41,971 nt of DNA, taken from contig CDMY01000617.1 in NCBI GenBank assembly GCA_001179505.1, forward strand, positions 1-41,971. The letters run 5' to 3'. Source of the stretch: Vitrella brassicaformis CCMP3155. Lineage: Eukaryota; Protista; Chromerida. The notes under the pieces were generated by a model. The model was not told where the DNA came from, ran no database searches, and saw nothing but the letters and a program-made list of their open reading frames with translations. The position numbers were made by a program, and so were the translations under genes. Shown piece after piece: positions 19,039 to 30,227 of this stretch. Numbering within the stretch: position 1 is the first letter of the stretch; every line of letters starts with the position of its first letter.

Positions 19039-21714
19039 TCACGTGTCCAAACTTGTCCACACACACATGAGACGCAGACAGGCCCATATACGGTGCGGTC
19101 CCTGCATAAGTACATCTCCGTCGAATATAAAATATAGGCAGCAATATGCGGCCAACGAGCCTGAGAACCACACAGAGACATGAGCAGAGACATGAGAGTG
19201 CCTCCCTGTGCAGCTCACCCTGCCAAGCCGCTCACCAATGTGACCACTATCGCATAAAACTCGACCAGAATGTTGCTTACCATAAAGTTTGGCGACGGCT
19301 CGCCGCAGGTCGTCGCTTCCTCCCTCGAATTTGGCTTTGGCAATGCTGAACAGGGCACGGCAAACATTCTGCAGCAGCTTGATGAGGCCCCAGAGGATCA
19401 GGAAGCAGGTCTTGCAGCAGCGGCAATGCTCCTCGACTGCCTCCTCGGCCTCTGCACATTCAAGGCGACGCGTGAGAACTGTACACAAGGTAGCACAGCA
19501 GCCACGATGCTGACAACTGAGTGACTGGCTATCTTGATCACTGTCTGTGCATTCACACACCTTGGTGCTGCTTGTCCTCGGTCTGAGCCAGGGCAGCAGC
19601 AGCAGATGGAGCCGAGGATGATGAAGCGCTGGCCGCTGCACACAAACAAACATACAGATGGATGTGGAGTGGGTGATCGTACTGGCACGTGAGTTGGTGT
19701 CGGACTGAGAGGTCTCGCTTGCCGGCATGCCCACATTGACGACCTTCTTGGCCTTGCGGACGCCCTCCCCTGTCGAGGTCTGTGATTCTGGTCACACACA
19801 GCACACGAAACAAACTGAGACATGAGTCCCTCTTGTCAGCTGGCCCATCACATACTTTGCCAACCCGCAGCACAGCGAACAGACAGAATCATGATTGACG
19901 TCTCCCCACATACCGTGCTGCAAGGTGCCCGCCTTGCCACTCGCCCCTGACCGCGACGGTCCTGCAATGAGAAGCAAGGAAAGGTATTGGAGATGTCTCT
20001 GTCGCTTTCCTTCACTCCAAAGACACCTACCTGTGACTTCTTCACGCCTTGTAGTGGCATAGATGGCGTCCCGTCGCTGCTCATGGCCAGTCTCTCTTCA
20101 TGGCCAGTAGCTGCAGACAGATGGATGGGCCCGATCAGATTGATGTATGTACACCTTGTGTGTAAGGCTGCTCGCCTTGCTCTCGTTGTCTTTGACGGTC
20201 GTCGTCATTGTCGCCGGCCTGGACACCCTGGGGACCTTGCCCGCGGTGTGGGGAAAGCCCATGAACAATCGCTGCCGCACTGCCGGACAGCGTCAGGTCG
20301 CTCCCCGAATCGCCCTCTTGAGAGCTGGTGCCTTGCAGCTGCAGCCAGACGGGCATCGTCGTGCCTTCGACTGTCTCCTCGTGCACCTTGGTTGACTGCG
20401 CCGCCCTGCTGGTTGTTGATGAGTATCCCCCATCCCCCACACCACCTGCCGGGCAGCACACACACACACACACACATACACACAGACAGACAGACAGACA
20501 GATGCATGAATGTAATGTGTCGTGAGTGTCCTACGTCGTGTGTTCGGCTGCAACGGATACAGGACGAGAACATCGTCTGACACAGGTGAGTCCTGCGGCA
20601 ACACGCAACACACACACACACACATACATCTGCGAGACGCAAATCTCGCATATGAATTGGCTCTCATACGTGATCTGCCACATAGCATTGATGTCAAAAG
20701 CCATCCGTAGGCTGCCTATCATGATAAGGATGCCGTTTGCAATACCTTGGTGCGCTTATCCGCCCGGTACGCAGCACGTAGTCTTATTTCTCACCTCCCT
20801 CTCCTCTTCCGTGGTGCTGCGTCTCCAGCTGCCCCTCACCGGCTGGTCCTCACCGTGAAGAATGCCCACGCCGCCGTCGGCTGTTCCGTCTTGCTCCGTC
20901 GCCACATGATAGCTATCAAAACACAGAAGTCCGTACTCTGATTATCATCTCTCCTTGGCACCGCTGGCGAGTCTCACACAGCTTGGAGCACGTGACGAAG
21001 AGCCGGCGCACCTTGACGGTGAAACCCCGGCAGAGCTTGCAGCCGTGGGTGCAGCCAGGGCAGTGCTGTTCGAAGGCCCTCTCGGCCTCTGCACTGCACT
21101 CACAGAGGCGGCGATGAGATCGATGCATGCTGCGTCTTCCCTGTGCTCACACCCACCTCGCTCGTGTCTGGCTTGGTTCAGGGCGATGGGCTGCACCTCC
21201 AGGGCGAAGCAGATATCTGCACACCTGTGGTAACCACAGGATGGTGTTGACGGTAGTGGTGCCAGGCACCATGTATTCCTCTCCCGTCTGTGCGTGCGAC
21301 CTGAAACTCCATTGTGCGGCCATTGAAGTGGTCTCGCCACCAGCTCACCACAGTGGATGACTTCGCGATTGGTGGCAAACGGATCAAGGATCAAGACATC
21401 CTCTCCGTCACTGTCGACAAAGCCGACCGCCTTAGCGTGAGATAGCGCATAGCGCACGACGACACCTTGGGGGAAAAATATTTCATTGAGGGCGTCTCCT
21501 GTCTCGTAAATTCTCGACGGGCATTTTTTTGTTCTCGAGTTGGAGCGTCCTGTTCCTGTTGCATTATGCATCATGGCCAACCCATCACAGAATCGAACAC
21601 AGCACATCCTGTTCCTGTTGGCGTCCTCTCCGCCTCGCCGCTGCTCGTCTGTCCATCACGCGGATGAGCCAAGGAAAGAGTGACGCCAACAAAACAAACG
21701 GCCGAAACGGACAT
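19039..21714 (-). pseudogene. Multi-exon unknown gene with signal-peptide-like start and two Cys/His motif repeats; several lesions
   Basis: Phase-consistent exons (MSVSAVCFVGVTLSLA...; IYETGDALNEIFFPQGVVV...; HRRLCECSAEAERAFEQHC; AGGVGDGG...; VLTRRLECAEAEEAVEEHC...KLYG). Interrupted by a 59-nt insertion or non-canonical intron, a TAG at a splice junction (~20940-20985), a frame break near 20650 and a 17-nt insertion at 20081-20108. Could be two adjacent genes. Confidence 0.45.
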
Positions 21715-21929
21715 TGCGAGAGAGGATGGAAGTCTGCATAACCGTGCGTGGATTTCGCTTCGTGATGATGCTCCTGTCGTCTTTTCGATTCTGCACACAG
21801 AAAAGGAACAAACCGACAGATGATGAATCCTCAAGCATGGTGCTTGCAGATCTTCGCGTCCCTCACCTTCCTGGATGCTCAGATGACCGGACCAGCACAG
21901 ATCAAGGCGGCCTCAACTTTGAGCTCGCA

Positions 21930-23212
21930 ATGCGATCGCTTTCCTTCAGCACGATGGCTGGGCGTCCTTTGCGTGTGGCGCCTCTCGAGCACGACCTGCC
22001 AGAGGTGAGCCCACCCAGAACCGCACTCATCACTTTTCACACAGGGGATGGCACACCTGCGAGAAGGGAAGATGGTCGTTCCTGTGGCTGTGTGTGTCCT
22101 TTGACAGCATCTGGCGAGTCAGTGGGAGGAGTTGATGGTGCTCAAGTGGCACGAGGTCATCTACCGCCTCACAGAAGAGGGCCTGGCTGAGCCTGCAGTG
22201 GCTGTGAGGGACTTCCTCCTCTTCATGATGCTGGTACGAATGCATGAGCACACAAGCGGCTGCGCAAATGGTTTGTTTGCTGCCGTTGGGTGTGGTTGTG
22301 TGTGATGTGTGTGTGCAGAAGGGTGTAGAGAACGACCGCAGCTGCCGCCTGTCGGTGCCGGCCCACATCGACGAGGTGTGGCATTCAGTGCTGGTCGACC
22401 CGGTGCTGTACATGTCGCTCTCGCGCATCGTCGGCATCGAACCCGTCATTCCGCAGTACGCGCACACAGATACACACGAATGCACACAGACCACAGAGAG
22501 AGCGCATTGCGGTGTTCTGTGTGTGTGTGTGTTTGCTTACGTGCAGTGATCCGATGGGCGAGTACGACAGCGACGAGTTGAAGATGCGCCGCCGGCAGGC
22601 CGCCTTAGACAAGTTTGCAGAGCTATACGGCCGCCCCTACACACACAACTACTGGTGAGTGAGTCGATGGTTGGGGGATTATGTGGATGCCTGCTGTGGG
22701 TATGGCGTTTGTTATCTTTGTGTGTGCAGTGGTGGGGGACGTGGCGCGTTGGGGTCGGCTCTTCGCGACCATGGCCGCTATGTCTTCACACAGCCGCCCA
22801 CATTGTAGGAACACAAAACGGCTCACATACCTGAATTTTGTGCACCGTTTGGTGTTCTTCTTCTTCTTCTTCTTCTGTGCAGCCAGACTTCGAACATCAT
22901 CAAGGTGAACGTCATGACCCTTACGGGCAAAACCTTCCACCTGTGGGCTGAGCGGCCGGCGGCGACGGTAGAGGACTTCAAGGACGGCGTGCGACCTTCC
23001 GAGGGCATCCCGGCCGAAGAGCAACGGCTGGTATACGCTGGCAGGTCAGTCAGTGGCGGGGCGTATGTCTGCTGTCTTGCGGGTGTGGCCACACACGTGC
23101 ATTCTGACATTCGTATGCGCGCAGGCAGCTGGATGATAATCGCACGCTGTCGGACTACGGCGTGTTTGACGGCTCGACGATCCATCTCATCCTGCGGCTG
23201 AAGGGGTGCTGA
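21930..23212 (+). CDS. DUF1399/GRDP-like domain fused to a C-terminal ubiquitin-like domain
   Basis: Spliced: ...VRDFLLFMMLKGVENDRSCRLSVPAHIDEVWHSVLVDPVLY...VIPHDP...FAELYG (DUF1399-type P..ID.vWH...p..Y...H.P pattern). Then IKVNVMTLTGKTF...[43 protein letters not shown]. Start is ATG 21930 or 21954. Confidence 0.8.
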
Positions 23213-23329
23213 TCCACTCGCCCAATTAGCTCAACTACCAATTAGGAGGGAGGGAGGGAGAACGATGCATGCCGGTGAATAGCAAGGCATCCATGGTACA
23301 TGTGCATAGACGCAGCTATGGGTTGCCTG

Positions 23330-24699
23330 TCTGCCTGCCTGCCTGCCTGCCGGGATGATGGATGGATGGATGGATGGGTGCGTGGGGGTGGTGGTGGCTC
23401 TCGGCGCACACACGTGCATTGCAGACGGACAGCAGCATATCTCAGATACATGAGTGGACGGGTCAGTATCAATTCGACACATGGCTTGGTCGAATTGATA
23501 CTGTGGCTTAGCCCCGTGTGTCCATATGTCCTTCTCCCGCCCTGCCCTGTCCTGTCTGTTTCTGTGTCTGGGCCTGAATGCGATTAGACACAGCCACGTG
23601 ACAGCCGCAGCCCACATTGGGCTGCGCAGCCTCTGATATGCCCATGTGGACAGACAGACAGACGGACTTATCGACGCTGAATTGGATGAATGGATCAATG
23701 GATAATATGGGCGTTGAACTGTTGGACGGGATATTATTCAACTGCATGGTCTAGTGACCCCCTAGTAGTCCAGCTAGGTCAACCAAAAATGTCCAATTAG
23801 TATGCGGCCACGGTGGCCACATGGACCAACACACACACCCACACACACGCACACACAGACACACACACGGATTGCAAAAGAGGCCGCGAATGAATCGATC
23901 ATGAAATCACACACGAGCTAGTGTCTGTATACCTCCCTCCCTCCGTGGCGTCACTCACTCACCCCGATCAACCCATCCAGAGAGAGAGAGAAAGAGAGAG
24001 AGAGACGCACACACACACACACACACGCACCTGCACAGACTAAGGTGCTGCACATAAGACACATAACAGCTCATCCATTCATTCACCGAGCCTGTTTGAC
24101 TCTGCGTGCTCATGGGACTGTGTTTGTATGAGTGTCACGGACACACAGACGAGCGTTACGGTTAATGCAAGCTGCCCCCCCTCCATTCATTTGCTCATGT
24201 GGGTCACTCAGTCAGGTGCCCAGGTTCTCGAGGTTAATGCTGAAAGGCTTCATCATCTCGCCACACGCCCTGATGACGTCAGTGCCCAGCACTCCGCCCA
24301 GAACGGCAAAGCCAGGCGGGTCGGCGAAGAAATTCGGCGACTGCATTCATTCAAGTGCACCGAAGGGACAGACAGACAGACAGACAGGCGATGAGTGACA
24401 TGCAGTTTGCAAGTGAAACAGTCCTCGTTCGTATCTGACGCACGTACCTCAACTCTGAAGTTGAGAGGGGGCGAGCAAACCGGCCCGCTGATTTTGTCAG
24501 CGAGGTCCAAGGACAGCTTGGCTACGGGGGGAGGGATGACGTCATCCAAATTGCAGTAGTCGTATAGCAGCCTCAGTGCGTCACTCGCACGCTGGCACAC
24601 CAGCCTCCCTGCCCAACACACACACACGTGACCTGGTTGATGCTTGACCGATGACATACGTGCAGTTCACCTCCTGGCGACCCGTCAGGCAGCGTGTCG
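23330..24699. repeat. Segmental duplicate of ~26475-27560
   Basis: Near-identical non-coding and exon sequence with small indels and substitutions. Ends at an assembly gap. Confidence 0.85.
24212..24699 (-). CDS. 3' part of a second copy of the Cys-rich secreted gene (5' part lost in gap or absent)
   Basis: DTLPDGSPG|GRLVCQRASDALRLLYDYCNLDDVIPPP...NFRVE|SPNFFADPPGFAVLGGVLGTDVIRACGEMMKPFSINLENLGT*. Confidence 0.6.
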
Positions 24700-24999
24700 N
24701 NNNNNNNNNNNNNNNNNNNNNNNNNNNNNNNNNNNNNNNNNNNNNNNNNNNNNNNNNNNNNNNNNNNNNNNNNNNNNNNNNNNNNNNNNNNNNNNNNNNN
24801 NNNNNNNNNNNNNNNNNNNNNNNNNNNNNNNNNNNNNNNNNNNNNNNNNNNNNNNNNNNNNNNNNNNNNNNNNNNNNNNNNNNNNNNNNNNNNNNNNNNN
24901 NNNNNNNNNNNNNNNNNNNNNNNNNNNNNNNNNNNNNNNNNNNNNNNNNNNNNNNNNNNNNNNNNNNNNNNNNNNNNNNNNNNNNNNNNNNNNNNNNNN

Positions 25000-25210
25000 G
25001 TGCAGATACTCGACAGCCGTGCACCCTCCCGCCACACCAGTGTGTGTGTGTGCAGATACTCGACAGCCACGCACCCTCCCGTGCAGATACTCGACAGCCG
25101 TGCACCCTCCCGCCACACCAGTGTGTGTGTGTGCAGATACTCGACAGCCGTGCACCCTCCCGCCACACCAGTGTGTGTGTGTGCAGATACTCGACAGCCA
25201 CGCACCCTCC
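25000..25210. repeat. 50-bp minisatellite (one 31-bp variant unit)
   Basis: Unit tgcagatactcgacagccgtgcaccctcccgccacaccagtgtgtgtgtg starts at 25001, 25051 (short), 25082, 25132 and 25182. It abuts a gap. Confidence 0.9.
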
Positions 25211-25219
25211 GTGTGTGTG

Positions 25220-26460
25220 ACCGGCAAGCATCACAGCCACCACCAGCAGGCCAGATAAAGACCGGCCAGCGTCACGACGGTCTTCCTGGCGCCTGACAAA
25301 GGCTGCATTCTGCACACACACGCACAGACACACAGAGCCTCTTGCAGTTACTGCCTGGGCTGAATCCCTCCGTCCCTCCCTCTGTGTCTGTCTGTCTGTC
25401 CGTCCGTCCGGTTGTCGCCAACCAACTGAGTGCATTCAGTCCGCTCACCTGATGGATGTTGCTTCCGGCTGCTGCTGGGAGGGAGGGAGGGAGGGAGGGA
25501 GAGGAGCGCCTTGGCCTGCCTGCGTGCTTCCGTCGCCGACAGACAGGTGCCAATTAGGCAGCGTGGCCTGCACACATACGCACACATACGCACACAAACA
25601 TCGAAGGGTTCAGTACTGGCGCTTTTAAATGAAGAGGGGAGGGCGTATATTATAAGCTCGCATCGATCGTCGTCCTTGGGGTTTTTCCCATTGCAGGGGT
25701 GTGAAGGGGCGACTGGCGTGCTCAGCCACACCCTACTGATGCACGGGATATACGACTTTGTCAAATTGGCGCGTGTGACAGCAGTGGGAGACGCTGAGTG
25801 TGCGCATCTCAGAGAGAGGACGGGGCGGCCGTCTGTCCGTGCACACCCACCTTATTTGCCCCTGCACAAAGACGACCCGTGTCGGGCGGCCGCTGGCGGT
25901 CCTGTTGGTGTGCGAAACAGCCCCGTGTGTGCACTCGGCGCTGAGAAACACATGGGCAAGTGTGTCGGTCAGGCGCACACAGACAAACCCACAGGTGAAT
26001 GACCATCAAGGCTGACCACAGACAGCGTCACTGTATATGCCCGGGTCAGGCACCCTCTTGCCGTCATTCTCACGCCCCAGTCGCCCCCCTCCGCGCACTC
26101 ACCGTCGAGGCCGACATGGGTGCGTCTTTGTGGTGACAACAACCTGGGTGTGGACGAATCGACAAGGGCACTCCAGCCAGTCCATTAGACCTTTCCCTAT
26201 ACCTTTGTCTTACCAGGAATATTTTTCAACGTTCCGACCAGGGTCCACCTCCACTTCTCAACCCTCCACCTACCTCCCCATCTCTGCATTCTCCAGACAT
26301 CCACACACAATCCGCCAACAAAAAGACCGGCACGCCTCTACAAAAGACCGGCACGCCTGTTACCTTGTCAGGCAGTCACCTGCCGTCATTTTGCTGCCCC
26401 AAACACCCACACACGGCCACTCCACGCTGAGAAACACATGGGCAAGTGTGTGGGCAATTT
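25220..26460 (-). other. Unresolved spliced-looking fragments (degenerate gene or non-coding transcript)
   Basis: Several donor/acceptor-like signals and exon-like pieces (SYIPCISRVWLSTP...; NAAFVRRQEDRR...). There is an internal ~27-bp repeat cgctgagaaacacatgggcaagtgtgt near 25938 and 26426. No coherent ORF could be built. Confidence 0.2.
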
Positions 26461-27053
26461 CGTGATGGGCCAGCCTGCCTGCCTGTCTGCCTGTCTGCCT
26501 GTCTGCCTGCCGGGATGATGGATGGATGAATGGATGGATGGATAATATGGGCGTTGAACTGTTGGACGGGATATTATTCAACTGCATGGTCTAGTGACCC
26601 CCTAGTAGTCCAGCTAGGTCAACCAAAAATGTCCAATTAGTATGCTGCCACGGTGGCCACATGGACCAACACACACACCCACACACACGCACACACAGAC
26701 ACACACACGGATTGCAAAAGAGGCCGCGAATGAATCGATCATCAAATCACACACGAGCTAGTGTCTGTATACCTCCCTCCCTCCGTGGCGTCACTCACTC
26801 ACCCCGATCGACCCATCCAGAGAGAGAGAGAGAGAGACGCACACACACACACACACACACACCTGCACAGACTAAGGTGCTGCACATAAGACACATAACA
26901 GCTCATCCATTCATCCATTCATTCACCGAGCCTGTTTGACTCTGCGTGCTCATGGGACTGTAATTGTATGAGTGTCACGGACACACAGACGAGCGTTACG
27001 GTTAATGCAAGCTGCCCCCCCCCTCCATTCATTTGCTCATGTGGGTCACTCAG

Positions 27054-28848
27054 TCAGGTGCCCAGGTTCTCGAGGTTAATGCTGAAAGGCTTCATCATCT
27101 CGCCGCACACCCTGATGACGTCAGTGCCCAGCACTCCGCCCAGAGCGGCATAGCCAGGCGGGTCGGCGAAGAAGTTCGGCGACTGCCATTCGTTCAAGTG
27201 CACCAAAGACACAGACAGACAGACAGACCGGCGATGAATGACATGAGTCAAGTGGAACAGTCCTCGTTCGTATCTGACGCACGTACCTCAACTCTGAAGT
27301 TGAGAGGGGGCGAGCAAACCGGCCCGCTGATTTTGTCAGCGAGGTCCAAGGACAGCTTGGCTACGGGGGGAGGGATGACGTCCAGGGGGCCGCCAGCCAA
27401 ATTGCAATAGTCGTATAGCAGCCTCAGTGCGTCACTCGCACGCTGGCACACCAGCCTCCCTGCCCAACACACACACACGTGACCTGGTTGATGCTTGATG
27501 GATGACATACGTGCACTGCAGTGCAGCTCACCTCCTGGCGACCCGTCAGGCAGCGTGTCGACACCGCAGCAATTGCCGTTGGTGCCGATGTCCGATGGGT
27601 CGCATGGCGTCAACAGTTTGTCACAGAAGCCCTCCTCGGCGGTGCCACGCGACTCACAGAAGACCCTCTCCTGCCCGTCAAATTCGACGACCCTCTTGTC
27701 GAAAGCACAGTTGCCGCCCAGCACCTCGCAGTCCGGACACTCGGCCGACTCCTCGCTGACGGCAGGCGGGAACAGACAACCGCCTGGAACCTGAACCAAA
27801 ACAATCACGGTACACACGGACAAGAGACATACAAGTGGATGTGTATTGCCTTACCGGTGAAGCAAAGGCCGTCACGATGCATTCCGCCCCGACAGCCACG
27901 CCACACCAGTGTGTGTGTGTGCAGATACTCGACAGCCGTGCACCCTCCCGCCNNNNNNNNNNNNNNNNNNNNNNNNNNNNNNNNNNNNNNNNNNNNNNNN
28001 NNNNNNNNNNNNNNNNNNNNNNNNNNNNNNNNNNNNNNNNNNNNNNNNNNNNNNNNNNNNNNNNNNNNNNNNNNNNNNNNNNNNNNNNNNNNNNNNNNNN
28101 NNNNNNNNNNNNNNNNNNNNNNNNNNNNNNNNNNNNNNNNNNNNNNNNNNNNNNNNNNNNNNNNNNNNNNNNNNNNNNNNNNNNNNNNNNNNNNNNNNNN
28201 NNNNNNNNNNNNNNNNNNNNNNNNNNNNNNNNNNNNNNNNNNNNNNNNNNNNACGATGCATTCCGCCCCGACAGCCGTGCACAGCTGGCCATTGGGGGAG
28301 CATGGGCCCACCTGCAAACCGCCAAGAAGGCCCGTCACAGTCAAAACCGAGAAGCCGGCGGTAATGGACGACACCGGCTGGGCGATGCCGCCCTCACCGT
28401 CGCCATATAGCTCCGGCAGGCACACCTTGCCGGTGCCCTTGCCAATCCGCTCCTCGATGGCCGACACGCCGCCCTTGACTCTCAAAAGCGCCTCGACAAG
28501 AGCCACCCAAGGATCGTCGGTGACGGTATCGGTGTCTCTCGGGAAGCTGGCGTTGAAGCATTTGAACGGCACATTGTCGCCTCCAGTGCCCGTGGCTGTC
28601 GGCGGTTCAGTGCAGACCTCACAATCGGCGTCGGTCTTGCAGTTGGGAAGGAAGCCGAGGAAACATGGATTGGCCGGCAGCCGAAAGGGGGCGAAGAGGG
28701 ACAGGCCGTCGGTCTCGTGCTGAGCTGCATCTGATGTCGACTGCAGGAATGCGTCACCATCCCCAGGCAGGTCATGCTGCGCCGATGCGATGCCCAACAG
28801 GAGGAGGGACACAAGCAGCCTTAGTGTTACGCGCCGATTCAGTGCCAT
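27054..28848 (-). CDS. Secreted cysteine-rich protein of unknown function
   Basis: Signal peptide MALNRRVTLRLLVSLLLLGIASA and many Cys. Phase-consistent exons end ...NFRVE|SPNFFADPPGYAALGG...ENLGT* at 27054. The TGA at 27248 in the ORF track is intronic. Interrupted by a gap and minisatellite. Confidence 0.75.
27899..27952. repeat. Single unit of the 50-bp minisatellite next to a gap
   Basis: Same sequence as the 25000-25210 units. Confidence 0.85.
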
Positions 28849-29509
28849 CTGCATACATATACATACACACAGACGTGTATATAGAAATCGACGGCTGCCT
28901 ATGGCGCCAACGGCTGCATGCCTAGGGTTGAAGGGTTTGAATACCTGGCCGCGCAACTGGGATGACGACAAAAAGCTTGTGCCTCGCATGCACGATGCCA
29001 GCGCGACAGCTTCACAGGCTATTCCGCACAGGTACGGAGGGCAACAGAGAAGCTGACAGCCCGTCTGACAGCACTGACGGCAGACACGACACACGACGTG
29101 TTGGATGGGACAGAGAGGAGATGCGCAGATATCAAGGCAGGATGCACACGAGCACGCGCGTGTGTGGTGTTTGTTTCCTGCAGGCGTCCCGAGACGAGAC
29201 GCATGGCCATCCTCGTGACGGGACGACAGGCCTCCTCTCTTCACTTCTCTTCACATGATGCCTCACCGCGGCAATCGATCTTCGTTCACTGATTATGATA
29301 CATTAAGGACGTGTGAGCGGGTCAGAAGCACGTCGACCAACAGATCTGCAGCATCATTGTCACGTTGTTTTGTGCCCGTCAGATGTATCGACCCCGACTG
29401 TCCCCCGTCATGCTCAGACAGCACACTCCTCCGGCCACACTTTTTCACTCACCCGCCACTCTCGCCCGCCAACAAGCCGCCATTTCCCCTTAGCTGCCCT
29501 GTTCGCCAC

Positions 29510-30227
29510 TGTCCAGACCAGTGCTGAGCAGCAGCCGGCTCCACCACAGCACTCCGGCGGCTTGGTGAGATTCTGTTCATTCCCACCGACCCCGGGCGCT
29601 GAGCCATTCGACCATGAGCTGTGGCTGCCCGACATGACGGAAGCGAATCTTGAAGGCATTTCCAAGGCCAGGTACGGTGTCGAGTACCTGTCGGAGGTGC
29701 CAACCAGAGGGCATCGTCGCTGGTTGGCAGCCTGTTTATCAACCTCGTGTGTGTTCATAAACCTTGGTGGGAGCCGAACTCACGCGCGAAGCCCATCAAC
29801 ATGCTGTTTGTCGTCGACACGACGGCGGTTTTGTCCTACTTGAGCCGATGGGCTTTGGCGGGGCTGGTAGGTGTGAGCGGCGGATGACAGCGACGAGGGG
29901 CCCGAGGGCTTGTCGGTGTCGGCAAGTGCTACCCGTCTTTCGGCACCTTTGCCCACATCAACCAACGTACGTACGCATCTCAAAACTGACTGAGGTCTTA
30001 GCTTTTGATGGGTGGGCTGATTCTTTCTCTCGTTAACTGTCTTGTCAGTGACTTGATTCATAATTCAGGTGTTGGGTATGTGGGCCTTGCAGACGCTGGA
30101 GTGGTCGCCGCTCATCGACTGGGAGCACAAAGAGTTCGTCCTGACGCCGTACGACGGGCAGACAATGCCACTCACACAGGGAGCCAAGATGGCGGAGGAG
30201 CGGGCGGCCCGTCGACGTGTTGGCTGA
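29510..30227 (+). pseudogene. Unidentified coding-like fragments
   Basis: Exon-like reads PFDHELWLPDMTEANLEGISKAR and TLEWSPLIDWEHKEFVLTPYDGQTMPLTQGAKMAEERAARRRVG* (30093-30227). Intervening frames all hit stops. Confidence 0.25.

Noticed and set aside
19270-19524. Plus-strand ORF MLLTIKFGDG... (and 20955-21233)
   Set aside because: Splice signals and synonymous-site patterns support the minus strand.
22905-23212. Bona fide ubiquitin/NEDD8 gene
   Set aside because: Too divergent, lacks the C-terminal GG, and is spliced to an upstream domain.
25000-25210. Repeat array as CRISPR
   Set aside because: Units are contiguous with no unique spacers, there are no cas genes, and the context is eukaryotic. 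It is a minisatellite.
24573-25435. Long ORFs containing X runs (also 7640-8462, 27521-28723, 34050-34804, 38289-39246)
   Set aside because: They are read through placeholder Ns and tandem repeats.
27248-27250. Stop codon of the Cys-rich gene and apparent stop loss in the 24.3 kb copy
   Set aside because: It lies inside an intron (GAG|GTACGT donor). Both copies end at ENLGT*.
28790-29300. Gene divergent from the Cys-rich gene
   Set aside because: All three frames terminate early and no consistent model emerged.
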